A stretch of DNA of 64,000 nt from Amphiscolops sp. MND2022. Taxonomy: Eukaryota. Of this stretch, positions 9,274-22,435 are shown piece by piece (within the stretch, counting starts at the first letter, position 1; each line of letters begins with the position of its first letter). A model generated the notes under the pieces. The model ran no database searches. It was given only the letters and a program-made list of their open reading frames with translations, and was not told the DNA's origin. Position numbers and translations under genes: made by a program. The DNA lies in the NCBI GenBank assembly GCA_964187785.1, contig OZ076409.1, positions 73,906,001 through 73,970,000 of the forward strand, given 5' to 3'.

Positions 9274-10355
9274 ATGAATTCAGGTTTTGCTAGCTCACTG
9301 ACCCCTGCGGCAGCTCACGTGTTGTCCTTAGAATATGAAGAAATTTCCTTTGTCAACTTCATTGCTGGCGATGATACCGAGGACAGAAAGTTGTATTTGG
9401 TTTACCTTCATGGGAAACGATCCACAGAACCGATAAAATATAAGATGCCAAGTGGCTCAAAATCTAACATTGCTTACAAGCAAAGACTCTTACCATTAAC
9501 ATATGACCGGTTTTTCTTATTTGGTGACCCTGCTTCCAACAGAGTCTTGGCTCTTTTCTCATCAAATGAGAAAGAGAGCAGAATATTGACCCGGTACCAC
9601 ACTTTGATAAAACCCGGTCAGGTTGTCGTCATTATTGAGCCTAGAATAACAGGTACAATGGTTGACTCACAGAATGTTCTAATAACTACAAGCAATCCAA
9701 TTCTCGCAGTCCCAGAAACTGAATGCACATTAACCTTCAATGAGATGCCGCCCTATGACATCGAAAGTGAAACTGATATATAACTTTCAGTGATATTTTC
9801 CACTTCATAACAAAAGACCTCAAATTGAAGTTTGTCACGCCGACAACGGACTTATGTTCCGGCTCTTTTTGCGATGGTCAAGCGGCTAAAGAGACGATGT
9901 GTGCTTGCATCGAAAAAACAGGTGTGAAAGAGTGGGGAATAAGAGCTCTTGTGGAATGCACGGAGTTATCTCTGGAGCGAACTTCTCACCAAAAATCCTC
10001 GTTTCTCTCCGTAGCTTTTGCGAAATTGGCAACGGTTGGTCATAGAAACCTCCGCCCACAGGACGGAATGGCTTTTAACTGGATGACTTTCAAACGAAAT
10101 ATCCGGGAGTTCATCGAGGCAATCAATAACCCGAATGGGGTACTTCCTGACGCCCAACTTACGCAATTACAGCGAGGATTCAAGGTAATTGGTTGGTTCA
10201 AGCCTTCCAAAATTGATTCAGAGAGCTTTGTGGAAGTTCACGAATTCCACATAATATCGATTACAACAGTCAGTAAGTCGAATGAATTACCTCAGCAAAT
10301 ATTGGATTTGCGTTTCCCAAGGCCGCCTGTATGTGATTCTGACGAAAATGAATAG
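9274..10355 (+). pseudogene. Frameshifted ~360-aa accessory gene (two overlapping frames), possibly OB-fold + Cys cluster
   Basis: Frame 1 stops at 9781-9783. The second frame is already open from 9777 (YITFSDIFHFITKDLKLKF...), overlapping in a TATATA run. Contains CSGSFCD..CAC. Could also be a sequencing indel. Confidence 0.6.
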
Positions 10356-11943
10356 TGGCTCTTGGAGTCTACTAACTCAAGAGGTGCACGTTCAAGTGCA
10401 GGTAACTGTAAATGCATATTTAGAAGTGATGGAAGAATTTATATTAGTGTTCGTTTCTATGTTGTTGCTAATTCCTATACTCTGACTTTGTTTGATGATG
10501 TAAGTGACAGTTGAATATGAATGTTGTTTTAATTGTAGTTGTGTGGAAACGTTCTTAATTGAGCAAAAGAGTCCTCTTGAGCAGACATAATGAGTAAAGA
10601 GCGCAGTAAATTGTTTTGCAAAAAACTGTTAGCCTTGGAGACTCGGCTTTGTTGTTGTTCTCCAGCATCCAAGTATTTTGTGTTGCTGCTCGAAGATTTT
10701 ATGGTGAAAACTTTGCATGCTTTATTCAATCTCAATATCTATACTCTGTTACAAGAGGTTTGTTGCCGATCAATCTGTTTAAATTATTAATGCAAACAAT
10801 TGATGGCGGATTATCGAAAACGTTTACATTTGATAAAAACAAAAACTGTATTAGCTTGTTTCAATTAAACTAGCACTTTCGAATATTCTTTTGAATCTTT
10901 GAATGAGTCAAAAAAAGCTTGGGTTGACAAAAAAAGTCAGTTCGATTTCCAATGGTACTATCATGGCTTCATTCAAGAATAGGCTACCATTCAACAGTTC
11001 CTGTCTCAAAATGTCCATCTAAAAACATGAACGCAGATGAAGATGAGATCGTTTTAGGATCCAAAAAGGTTTTTTAAATGTAAATTGGAAGTACTGCTGC
11101 CACTTCCTCACTTATTCATTACTTTGAGTATACTTTGATTTTTCCCCTTTTCACTATACGATTATTGGCGTCTGACAGGCCTCTTAAAACTAAACAACAT
11201 TGGTGTCCATGTTTGATAGAAGATTTTTGGTACTATTGAACTCAGTTGGACAACTTAGAACAATCGCATCAATCTAATCGATGGCCTGTGATACTAATGT
11301 AAAAATTGTCTATTTAGAAAGTTCAATACTCAAAAACTCAAAACTCAAGGGTTGACCAGACTCCCGGGTTGGTTAGATATGCTTTTTAGCACATCGTTAA
11401 TAGCTGTGATAGGCACGTAAGGAGTTATTTGAATGTTGTGACGGTTTTCATAATTCTTGTTCAAAAACATCACTGATGATTTGGGCACACAAACATGTTG
11501 GTCTGGCACGATTTTCTCCACCACGTTGTCGCATTACGTCGTGATACGTTGATGGTAATTGAGATGTTAACCAGACAAAGTTTTTATCTGTCTACTGTAA
11601 GGGTTTTCATTAAAACACGATTTTGGTCTATAGCGTCTATTGAGTGGACTCATACAGTTTAACGATGACATTTGTTATGATTACTAGCATTTCCATTTGT
11701 AATTACAATTCCATCAGAAATGTTATTAAAAGGTAGTCCACATTTCAAATTTTACGTGAAGAGGAAGTTCTCTCTTCGTATGAGTTCCTGCTACTTCAAG
11801 GGTATAGTTTTTGCGAAAGAAAACAATTCTTACCAGGATTCTCTTTTTCGTAAATTGCTAGAATTAAGTCTAAAATTTCTTCAATTCGGTTGTCGGACTA
11901 GTGAAAAAAAAACCGTTGTATCAGTCACCCTACCATTGGAAAG

Positions 11944-12790
11944 TCTATTATTATTCTATTCTACTCTTTTCTTTTCTATTCTATTGTCTTTTATTCTATT
12001 CCAGTCTGTTCTGCTCTATTCTATTCTATTCTATTCTATTCTATTCTATTCTTCTATTATATTCTTTGCTATTCTATTCTATTCTATTCTATTCTATTCT
12101 ATTCTATTCTATTCTATCTATTCTGTTCAATTTTCTCTATTGGGTTCAATTTCATTATTTTTGATTCCCTTCTACTCTATCCTATTTTACATTATTCTAC
12201 TATATTCTATTCTATCCTATTCTATTCTATTCTATTCTATTCTATTCTAATCTTTTCTATTCTATTCTATTCTATTCTAATCTATTCTATTCTATTCTTT
12301 TCTATTCTATTCTATTCTATTCTATTCTATTCTATTCTACTCTATTCTATTTTATTCTATTCTATTCCATTCTATTCTATACTATTCTTTTCTATTCCAT
12401 TCTATTCTATTCTATTATATTCTATTCTATTCTATTCTATTCTGTTCTATTCTGTTCTATTCTGTTCTATTCTATATTTCTTTCTCAATATTACCTCTAT
12501 TTTATTCCATTTCTTTCCATTCTATACTAGCCTATTAGGTTATATTCTTTTTTATTCTGTTGTTTTCTATTCTTCTGTAGTTCTCCTACCTTTTTTCTCT
12601 ATTGTCGTATCTTTTTTCAATTTTTTCTCCTTCACTATACAAGTCTGTTCTACTCTGTTCTTTTCTATTCTACACATTTCTATTCTGTTCGCTCATCTTC
12701 TCGTCTGTTCTGTTTTTTCATTAACTTTATTCTGTTCTTCCATTATAATATTTTCTTTTCTGTTATATCCTATTCTTTTATTTTCCATTC
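11944..12790. repeat. (CTATT)n/(AATAG)n pentanucleotide microsatellite, degenerate at edges
   Basis: Long runs of TTCTA, purest at about 12015-12475. Confidence 0.97.
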
Positions 12791-13449
12791 TCTTTTTTGG
12801 GGCCCAGATAGCGTGTGTCCTCGTCGCGGCCCTGGGTACTGGTGAAACATCACCAGTAGCAAGAGCGCTATCAAACATACTTTTCGCCAAGGAGCCATGT
12901 TTCCAAAAAGTAATAAAACTGGTAATATAATCTTATGGAGGGTAAAACGAAAGGTATTTGAAATATAATGAGGGTTTTCGACGACACTGATTCTGAAAAC
13001 ACTAACAGAATTTGTTAGACATCGGGAACATACATTACTAGAGATGGGCGCTCGCCCAGAGGTGGCGCTCTGCTGAAACAATGAAAAAAGCCTCATATTC
13101 ACTAACATTGTTTTCAGGCCTTCTCCAATGGTTTTCTCGGCTAGTTCACACCGTACTAACGTGATAAAACCAAGTAATTATTTGAGACCCGACAAAAGTG
13201 CCAAATCCCATGATTCTCCCGGCTCAAATTGGTCTCCGAGCGCCTTTTCAACCGTTAAATAATAAAAAACGGTATTCAATTTATTGAGTTGAAAATTTTT
13301 CTATGGTGTCATCCAGACAAAGAATATTTGAAGTTGAGGTACGCAAAAGAGCGTAGTCTTCTTCAACATCAAAAACTCTTGCCAATGCAAACCGTCTGTG
13401 CCAAAAAAGCGAACCTATTTTATGTGTTCTTTTTTGCGGTAGCAGCTAG

Positions 13450-15442
13450 GTGGGCGGTAGGTTTCCCGTAGTCAAAAAAAAATTGCAGGCCGGGGTAGGG
13501 GCCCTGGCCGAGGCAAAATACCATAGAAAAGGTACCAAATTATGTGAGTTTAGAAAATTGAGCCATACAAATTCTCTGAAAATTGCTGTGTGTACCCTAT
13601 CGCCCAATCTAAGAACTTTTTCCTGCTGACGTTTTGCCCTCCAAATGTTACTAATATGACTTTTTGAAAAATTTATCTCTGGTTTTTCATCAAAAATAGT
13701 GATTTTGGCAATTTTTGTGAAATATCTCTGATTGCAATAATTTTTGGACGTTGACTGTGAAACAAGCTCGGAACCATCATTTCGTGACCATGGCAATGCA
13801 CTAAACACAAAAGATGTAGAGTTTTTAAATTTTTTGAAAATTTGACATTTTTAAATTTTTTTCACTACTATCAGTACCATATATGTCAAAATAACCTCAG
13901 AAAAATTTTTTATTTTATTTAATTTAGAATCCTTGCTATCCATGGTTTCTGTTAGTATCTACTCGCTGCCAGAGACTCAACAGTTAGCATCGAATCTGAA
14001 ATTAAAAATTTTTTCGAGGTCATAGGTGTTTCACAAGGATTTCACAACATAGTCTTGTTTTACAAATAGGTCATTTACAACATCATATTTTCATCGAGGC
14101 ATGTCGGATATAGTCTTATTGCTCACGAACGGTCCTACTGGCAACGTAATAACCATTTATAGAAATATAAAAGTTTTAAAAAATCTTTTCACCCGTTCTT
14201 CAGACATTTTTCAGACATTCGGAACTTAACTTAGAAAAATTTCGTCTCAAAAACCCATTTTTCGTCAGGTCGAAATTTGAAATTCAGCTTTTGAAGCACA
14301 AATATGCACTCTGACGTAACCAGTAGGGCCAATGATACTCAACAACACCATTGAGACTGGTATCAGTCGCTCCAAAAACATATGAGCCGTGATAAGACGT
14401 TTTTTTCAACAATACTGTTCAATTGATGTAAACATCGCGGAAGCCTTGGATTACAGTGAAAGTTGATTTGAACAAAAATTTACTCTTTTTTGTCAATCAC
14501 TATGTAGACAGAATGCGTAGGGTAAGTTTCAGCACTAATATGAAGATTTTGAAGGAATCGGGTTGCTCAAGGCAGGGTATGAGACACTTTTTTCTCAAAT
14601 ACTAGTGTTTTTCAAAACCTTTTCGTTAAATATCTCGAAAAGCAAACAATAAAAAATACTTTCTGATATCTAATTTAATTCCTAGAATATAAATGAATCA
14701 TGTGGTTGATCAGAAACTCTCTACTTTAATGTTTCCAGAAAAAAATCCCTTCCCATGTTTTATATCTGTAGCAGTAAAAAAAGTAGACGCTAAAAAATAC
14801 GCTATTTTGCTAAGATTGAATTGCAATTGTTTAGCTTTAAAACTCTTTTAATACTTCTAACGCCACCTTAAGGACTCAAGATGATTGAAAATGTCAATCA
14901 CAATGCTGACATGTAGTCTTTCTACGATCCTGGCTGGACAGATTTTGATTATTTTTCAAGTACCTGTTAACTGAATCTCGTGATAGCCTTCTAAGTTGAC
15001 CTTCTGCGTCAACTTGAGAAGGCTATCACTAAAATAAACTAAATTCTGATTTGTTTGTTTGTTCCTAACGTCTTTTGGTACGATCGTCTGACGGTTAGTT
15101 GGTTAAACCAGGTCGCTTATACTTCCACAATTTTCGACCACCGTCCGTGTATTCGGTTCACACGACTTTACATTTTCAGTCGTTTGTTTTCGATAACTAT
15201 CACAATGTACTGCCATTAGCGCAAAATTCATAATAGTACTTGGTTGGTTGAAATACTTAAACAACTGTTTCCATAGTTATTCGCGGTGATGGTACAATCC
15301 GCGCGCCTACATACCTACGGCGTCTTGTCACTACAACGCCTCATAGGGAAACAACGCCCATAGTCTGTAGGCATGCCGAGGCATGCCTTTCGACGACGCG
15401 CGCCAAATCTATGCGCGCCCGCACTTGTGCGGTAGCTGCTAG
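13450..15442 (+). mobile_element. Cassette 1, family A (1993 bp)
   Basis: Bounded by CTAGGTG junctions; homologous to cassette 33; GATAGCC-type hairpin 14980-15029. Confidence 0.75.
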
Positions 15443-16831
15443 GTGGTTGGGGCGGTCCCCAGAACGCACAAGGAGGCGCGGGGAGGGTCCTGCGCCGACG
15501 TAGAATAATTTCATATAATACTAGTATCCTACATGGGTGTTTTAGAGGCGATTTTGGAATCTAACCGTAGGATTTGGATAATTTTTTGCATGCGGCCATA
15601 ACTCGAAATTCTAAGAACTTTTTCCTACTGTCATTTTCCCCGCAAATTGTTTTTTGTTGACTTATGGCCGAAAAACCGGAAATAACGTCCTTTTTAGACG
15701 TTATATCCGAAGTGTCGTCATAACTTTTTTCCAGGGCATGCTAGCGTTCTCGTTCACTCTTACACTTAGTTGCAGCATCTCAAAATACAACTGGTGGAAA
15801 ATTTTGGTTGCATTCGGATCACCCCCCACCGAGATAGAAGGGTTCCCCCCTCCAGTTTTACCCCCCAAATTTGCAAAATAGCCAATTTTGAGCATGAAGC
15901 CGAGGATTTAGCGTACCCATACCCTCCTGATGTTTTGTTGTACGTATTGGGGTCAATCTGACGACATGTGTGGTTTTCACCCCCAACCCCCCCTTGGACC
16001 GGAAATGACACTTTTTTGTGTTTTTTGGCAGAATTTAGCCTTTTTCATTATTAGGCAGTCGTTTTAGGGACTCCTAGCAGGATATCGAAATTGAAATACA
16101 ACCTGATCACAACCCAGTGACAACATAGTGGCCACTTGGAGGTATCATCATGACCGGAAGTGGGGTCAACCCCCCTTTTTGTGACCGCTTTTTGACCTTG
16201 TGCACCAAAATGCCAACATCTTGAGGCCTAATGAGGCATTCAAATCTGTACCAAGATAAAATGTTAGACAACCGAAGTCCCGGAAGATCTTTAGCATATA
16301 CCGGAAGTTACCCCCCATGACCGGAAGTTACCCAATGTGACCGGAAATGGTCCAAAAATTAATGTAAAGTTGAATTTTTTACTATTTCAAGACCACTTAA
16401 TTGAAACTTTTCAATCTATAAACTAGCGTACTGGCTTGTTTTGCTGAATTTATGGAAATTGATGAGCTCTATCGCCCCCGATAGCCTTCGAAGTTGACCT
16501 TGCGTCAACTTTGTAGGCTATCGATAAAGAATAAGAAACAACAAAGTACATTGTTGCTCTCGTTTTTTTCCCGTTGTTTTTCCTCAAACATTCTTGAGAC
16601 ATATACATGGCCGTTAGTTGAAATCAATATTTAGCCCATGTTATAGCTGGAGCAGCGAAGCGTTACACAGACTAGTGTGGTTTTGAAATCACACTATTTA
16701 AATTAACAACTGACCGTCTTAGTCAACTCCACACATTCATACCAACGCCCACCGTCTGTGGGCATGCCGAGGCATGCCCTTCGACGACGTATGACGAATC
16801 CACTCCAACGACACCCGCAGTCCTCAGCTAG
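15443..16831 (+). mobile_element. Cassette 2, family B (1389 bp)
   Basis: Starts GTGGTTGGGGCGGTCCCC, ends CAGTCCTCAGCTAG; CCGGAA repeats; GATAGCC hairpin. Confidence 0.8.
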
Positions 16832-19800
16832 GTGGTCAGTGCTGTTGCGTTCATTTTTTTCCGGCCGTGGGGGAGGGCCCCTCTGAGGCCGGTCATTTTT
16901 CAGGTAACAGCTTTCTTATACAAAAAAGCGGGAAAAAACCTCAGTGCTCAAATCCCAACCGTCAGAATGAGCTGAAATTTGGCATGTAGCTAGTGCATTG
17001 CAAATGATTACGATGGGTTATAACGCTATGTTTGGCAAAATTGGTTTTGTTGCATTTTTTTTGTCATATAGGGCCAAAAATGGCCTTTTTTGCGTATTTT
17101 TTGCTTGACTAGCTAATAACTCGCGTTGGGTTGGTACTAGCGATACGGGTGTGGGGTATGGAATTGAAAGATTACCAAGTACCTTGCTGATGACGTTATT
17201 TGATTTCCGCTCACATCACCCCCCACGCCGGAAATGCCCAATTTGTCACTTCCGGTCGCAATTTTTGACTTTTTTGGATGGAGTTAAAACCCATTTCCGG
17301 TGTGAAGGAGTGGGTTGAGCGCTTCGACCCCAATATACTAAAAGTAGGTTTAGACAAAGTCCTATTAGGAAAAAAGTAATGTAAGCCCGTACCTATCACC
17401 CCCTCACCGGAAATAGGGGTCACGCCTCCTTTTTCTGTGTTGCAAAAGTGACATGTGCACATTTGTCCAACTCCGAAGCCCCGGAGCACCGTGGGACCGT
17501 TATACTTTCTAAACACCTATCCCACACGCTACCGGAAATGACCGGAAGTTTCACCGGAAATGACATCCTTGGACCGGAAATGGTCAAAAAAGGACTTTTT
17601 CAATAAAAAAAAGACACTTTTGGTGCAATTTTTAGGCAAAAAGCATAATTCGTGATACGCTTGTTGCAGTTGAAAGGGCCATTGTTCAGCAAGAATGCAT
17701 ACAGCATTACGTAGCACATCAAGTGGTTGATAATTTTTCGTCCATAATATCCATAGGACCGGAAATGGCCATTTTTGAATCGGAAATTTCTTCAGCTTGA
17801 TTTTTAACAAGTTTTTCCACAATATTAGTGTAGGAATTGCTCGTCGGATGCTTTAGGTCTATTTTAAAACTAGCTGACTGCTTCTTAGAAATGTATTTCA
17901 GAAATTCCAACCAATTCGAGATTACCGGAAATGGGAGTAATTGCCTCCTTTATGACCTTTGAATGATAAATTGTTAAAATCCGCAAATTATTTTATTCCA
18001 CAACTGTTGCTCAGGTTATATCTAAGCAATAACATCTGCTTGTTTTGAAGTGCTGTATTGTGGGAGATACAAATATTGCTTTTTAATAGTAATACATACG
18101 TGATATTCGCCGCAATAAAGATTTTTCAAATCAACCATTTTGAAGTCCTACTGGTGTTCCGCACACCCGAAATAATTTAAGTTTCTAGTTTCGATTTTCA
18201 GGCTTCCGCGACTATTGAGTTGAGATGATAGTTTTCACGTTCTCTGCAAAACGGGCATTTCATTGTGTATGTGACATTTATTGGGTTGTTTCACATGGTA
18301 ATTCAAAACTAATTGATCTTACAATTTAGAACAATTGAAAATTTTCAATTGAACAATAAATGTTTTAATAATTTCTCTTTCGTTAAAGATACTCTTTTGT
18401 GGCCATTAGAACAGGTTGAATTGGTTGAATAAGTAACCAGTGCGATACATCGTTTAATACATAACGTTTGACATCGTTTTCTTGCGAACAAAGACAAGCA
18501 TGATTTGTTGGAAGTTTTTACCATATCGCTTCAAATCGGTCGTGACAAACAATGAATTTCTCGTTTTAATTGCTACTTCGAAAGCAGCCTGAAAACGCAA
18601 ATCGATCTATTGAGTTATGGAGATGCAACTAAGCATTTCAAGTCTGGGTTTCAATTTAATACTATCACTCCGGACTATTTTTATGTCGCAAAAGTGATAA
18701 AGGGTGTTAGCAAGGTTAAAAACATCGAACAATTTTAAAAATGATGCCTCCGGAAAGGGAAGAAAAATGAGTTTTCCTGTCAAAACAATGATAACCACGT
18801 ACGAAACATCAAGTATTTGCATTGTTCAATAGTCCAAAACATGAATGAAGTTTTTAAATATCCAAGAGTTTCTAATCAAGCATGCGTTTCAAATGTCTCA
18901 CAGGGCAGCATCGTTTTCAAAAAACAGTGCTTTCAATGTGGTTTCATACCAGCAAAACGAACGCAGGCACAACCACACTCTCAAAATTCTTGCACAACAA
19001 CCAATTTCTTTGAAAATCCTATTTGATTCCTCAAGGTATATGGTGAGAACCCTGTTGGGTTCCAAAGTTGATGTGCTGTTTTCTTGGGTTTGCGAGATAA
19101 GTTACAACGGAAATCTGAAAGCAGGTCGTCTCAATAAAATACCTGTTGCTCTTTAAACGATTGGACTTAAGTAGTCGAAATTTATTCTCAGACACTTTCG
19201 ATCAGAGAATGTTTGAGTCCTAACGTTCGAATCAGGTTGGTTTCAGGTGGCTCGAAGTGCCAGCTGAACCAACCTTTCAAATAAAGAAAAACCCCACACC
19301 TCCCTTCATGCCACGCTACCCCGTATAGCGTTTCAACTTGACAGAAATTGGAACGTTTGATTTTGGCGTCGCTTGGGATTGACACACCAGTGTTGATACT
19401 AAATTTGGCAAAGAGAAATCGCACAAATGATTGTTTCTGTTTTTCCCTTTGATTTACTGTGTCGAGCGTACAAAGCAGTTTGGGAAACTAACTTGCATTT
19501 CCACTGAACGAAAAGCAAAAGTAGTAACATTGAAAACTTTCGGAATAAATTTAATCAGGTTTCCGTATTTGTGAGATCAGCTGCCACTCAGTTATCAGTT
19601 ACATCTTTCAAATTTTTAAGAACAACTAATCAAACTTTGCTCGACTCTCTTGGATAAGGCAACAATAGTTTACTAATCTGTACTCGTGGAAAAAAGTCAA
19701 CTGCCGGGTCAAAAACAATCTGTATGTAACTTTTCTCTCGTGCAAAGTTATTTTTTACCCCCTCTGACTCAACTATAGCATGTACGTAATGAAACCAATA

Positions 19801-19903
19801 ACACCTTCAACTGTTAATCAACGCCCACCGTCCGTAGGCATGCCGAGGCATGCCTTTCGACGACGCGCGCCAAAAACAATATAACGGCGCCACCCGCTTC
19901 TGG
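16832..19903 (+). mobile_element. Cassette 3, family C (3072 bp, unique interior)
   Basis: Shared 5' and 3' modules; ends in variant CTGG. Confidence 0.7.
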
Positions 19904-21174
19904 GTGGCCGCGTCTTTTAGATGGACTTTTAGCCCTGAGGCGCGGGTAGGGTCCTGCGCCGAGCTGGTGAAAATATACTACGTCCAAATCGCCCGTTCCG
20001 GAAACGATCTCGAAAACTGACCGTTAGAAATTCCTGAAAATTTGCATGTGGCCCCCAATTGGCGAGCAATGAAAAAGTGTAGGAGGTCATTTTTCCCAAA
20101 TTCCACTGTGAGACGAGATATATGAAAAAAACGGACCCCAAAATGACGGAAATTTCACTTTTTGACCATTAATGGGACATTATCTCCCCAGACAAGGCTC
20201 GGAGCAAAATTTGTCAGAACCCAAACCTGCAGCAGACTGTTAGAGCAGTACACACAGTAATTTTGAAAGAAATCCGATAATCACATGTTGAGAAATTGAC
20301 GTTTTTCCGGCGAAATTTCTAGCAAATGCAGTCTATCTCTGCCGTTTTTTGCCCAAAATTTTTCCGAGACACTCGCCTAAAGGCCTCCCCTGGCCGGTTT
20401 ACCTCCCAAAAAAACCATTTGGCCCTAAATACGAGGTTTCAGCGTTCTAGCTTTTCCCAGTAAAAAGTTATGGGACTTAGAAGTTTTTCAAAACTTTTCA
20501 AAATTTTTCTAAAAAAGTTCAGGCCGCCCAAAGTGAAGAAACTTCCACACAACTAGTATTGCAAGTGAATGCATGTGGAAAGCCCTGCACTTGACGAGAA
20601 AAATGCCGTTTAGAACGTCTTTTTATCTCAACTTGATGTTGACTTATGATCTTTTGAGTAGCGTATAACACGTGATCACAGTAGTGAAAACCCTAATTTT
20701 CAAAAATTTTCGAACAATAACGCATGAAAAGAACCTGGAAAAGGTTCCGATGGGTCAGTTGGGATGTCTGAAGCTTGTGTACATTCCCGTAGTGTATAGC
20801 GGATGTATTTGGGACTTATTAGAAATTGTGATATGTTTTATACAAGTCTTTGTTTCTCTTAGAATCTTATGCAGTTGAGTACATTCCATCTCCCTCTCAG
20901 GGGAGATGTGAATGTACGTTTGTCAAATGCCTTGTATATTTCACATCTTTGATGGATTCAAATAACTAAACAAGTGTGATTTGCGTTTGCCGAACCACTG
21001 CGACAAAATACCCTAAATCTATAGCGAGATTGTATGGTTTTTGTCTTTAGTGTTTCGTCTTGTGTAGCCGACTTCCACATCCAAATATAAACGCCCGCCG
21101 TCCGTAGGCATGCCGAGGCATGCCTTTCGACGACGTATGCCAAATACCCAATGCCACGCTGTCATTATCGCTAG
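19904..21174 (+). mobile_element. Cassette 4, family D (1271 bp)
   Basis: Junction-bounded; close relative of cassette 11. Confidence 0.8.
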
Positions 21175-22435
21175 GTGCCGGGATTTTCTATTCGTTTGGG
21201 GAAGATGCGCGCTGTTGGGGAGGGTCCCGGGCGCGCTCAGGTGTTTGTGGTTTTCCAACTTTGGAATCAGCACCCGCTGGGAACGATCTCGAGAACTATC
21301 CATACGATTTGGCTGAAATTTTGCATGTGGCTCCCAATGAACATTGTAAGAACAAATCCCTACTGGCGTTTTGCTGGGAAAAATCAAAATGTTGGTCAAA
21401 AATGCGATTTTCCGACGAAATTTTTGACTTTTTTTACTTTGACAGTCAAAATCTCGCCACAGGGTCACGCTAGGTACCCTAAACCCTGCTAATTATAATT
21501 TGCAATCTGTCTCAGGAATGCGGTGTGAAATTTTCAGGTCAATCGGGCTTAAACTCAGTGACTTAGAGCGATTTTTTAGGTGCATTTTTTGACATTTTTT
21601 GCATTTGCTGATTTATCTCTGCCGTTTTTTGCCCAGATTTTTTTGCGACCCTCTCCTAAAGACCTCCCCTGGCCGGTTTACCTCCCAGCAAAACCATTTG
21701 GCCCTAAATACGAAGTTTCAGCGTTCTAGCATTCCCGGGCGAAAAGTTGTGGGACTTAGAAAATTTTTTTGGAAACGCAAAATGTGTAAAGTCAACTTCA
21801 GGCCTCCCAAAGTCAAGGAACTTCCACACAACTAGGATTGCAAGTGGATGCATGTGGAAAGTACTGGGATAGACGAGAAAAATGAGCTATAGAACGACTC
21901 TGTAGCTTAACTTGACGTTGACTTATGATGTTTTGAGTGTGTGCTTGCTAAGGGGTCCGAAATTGAAAATTTTTGAAGAAAATTAATATCGTTAAAAATT
22001 CATCGGAATGCCTGCAATATACAGTAGAGCGTGTTCAATTGTAGCTGACTAATGCATCAACGCTGTTCAAGGTCTTTTAACTCAGTTTAAAAATTTTTTA
22101 CTTTGTATTATCCATCCGAGAGATCGAAACAGTTGAGTACATTCCATCTCCCTCCCGGGGGAGATGAGAATGTACTCGCTAAAGTCCAGATACCACAGCC
22201 CATATTTGTTTCTCTGCAACGCCATCTTTGCTACTGCACATAACTACTAATCTTAAGACTGAATTTCACTTTGACTTGACATATGCTGAAGGTTTGATCC
22301 TTTCACACATCATCTTTACCTGAACAAAACAACCCTAACATCAACGCTCCACACTCATATCAACGCCCACCGTCCGTGGGCATGCCGAGGCATGCCCTTC
22401 GACGACGTATAGCAAACAAACGCGGTAGCCGCTAG
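21175..22435 (+). mobile_element. Cassette 5, family D (1261 bp)
   Basis: Junction-bounded; related to cassette 22. Confidence 0.8.

Noticed and set aside
10400..11700. Decayed minus-strand gene
   Set aside because: Some stretches translate plausibly but are broken by stops and show no recognisable motif; BLASTX would be needed.
11720..12250. 176-aa hydrophobic ORF
   Set aside because: The YSILF repeats are just the translation of the (CTATT)n microsatellite.
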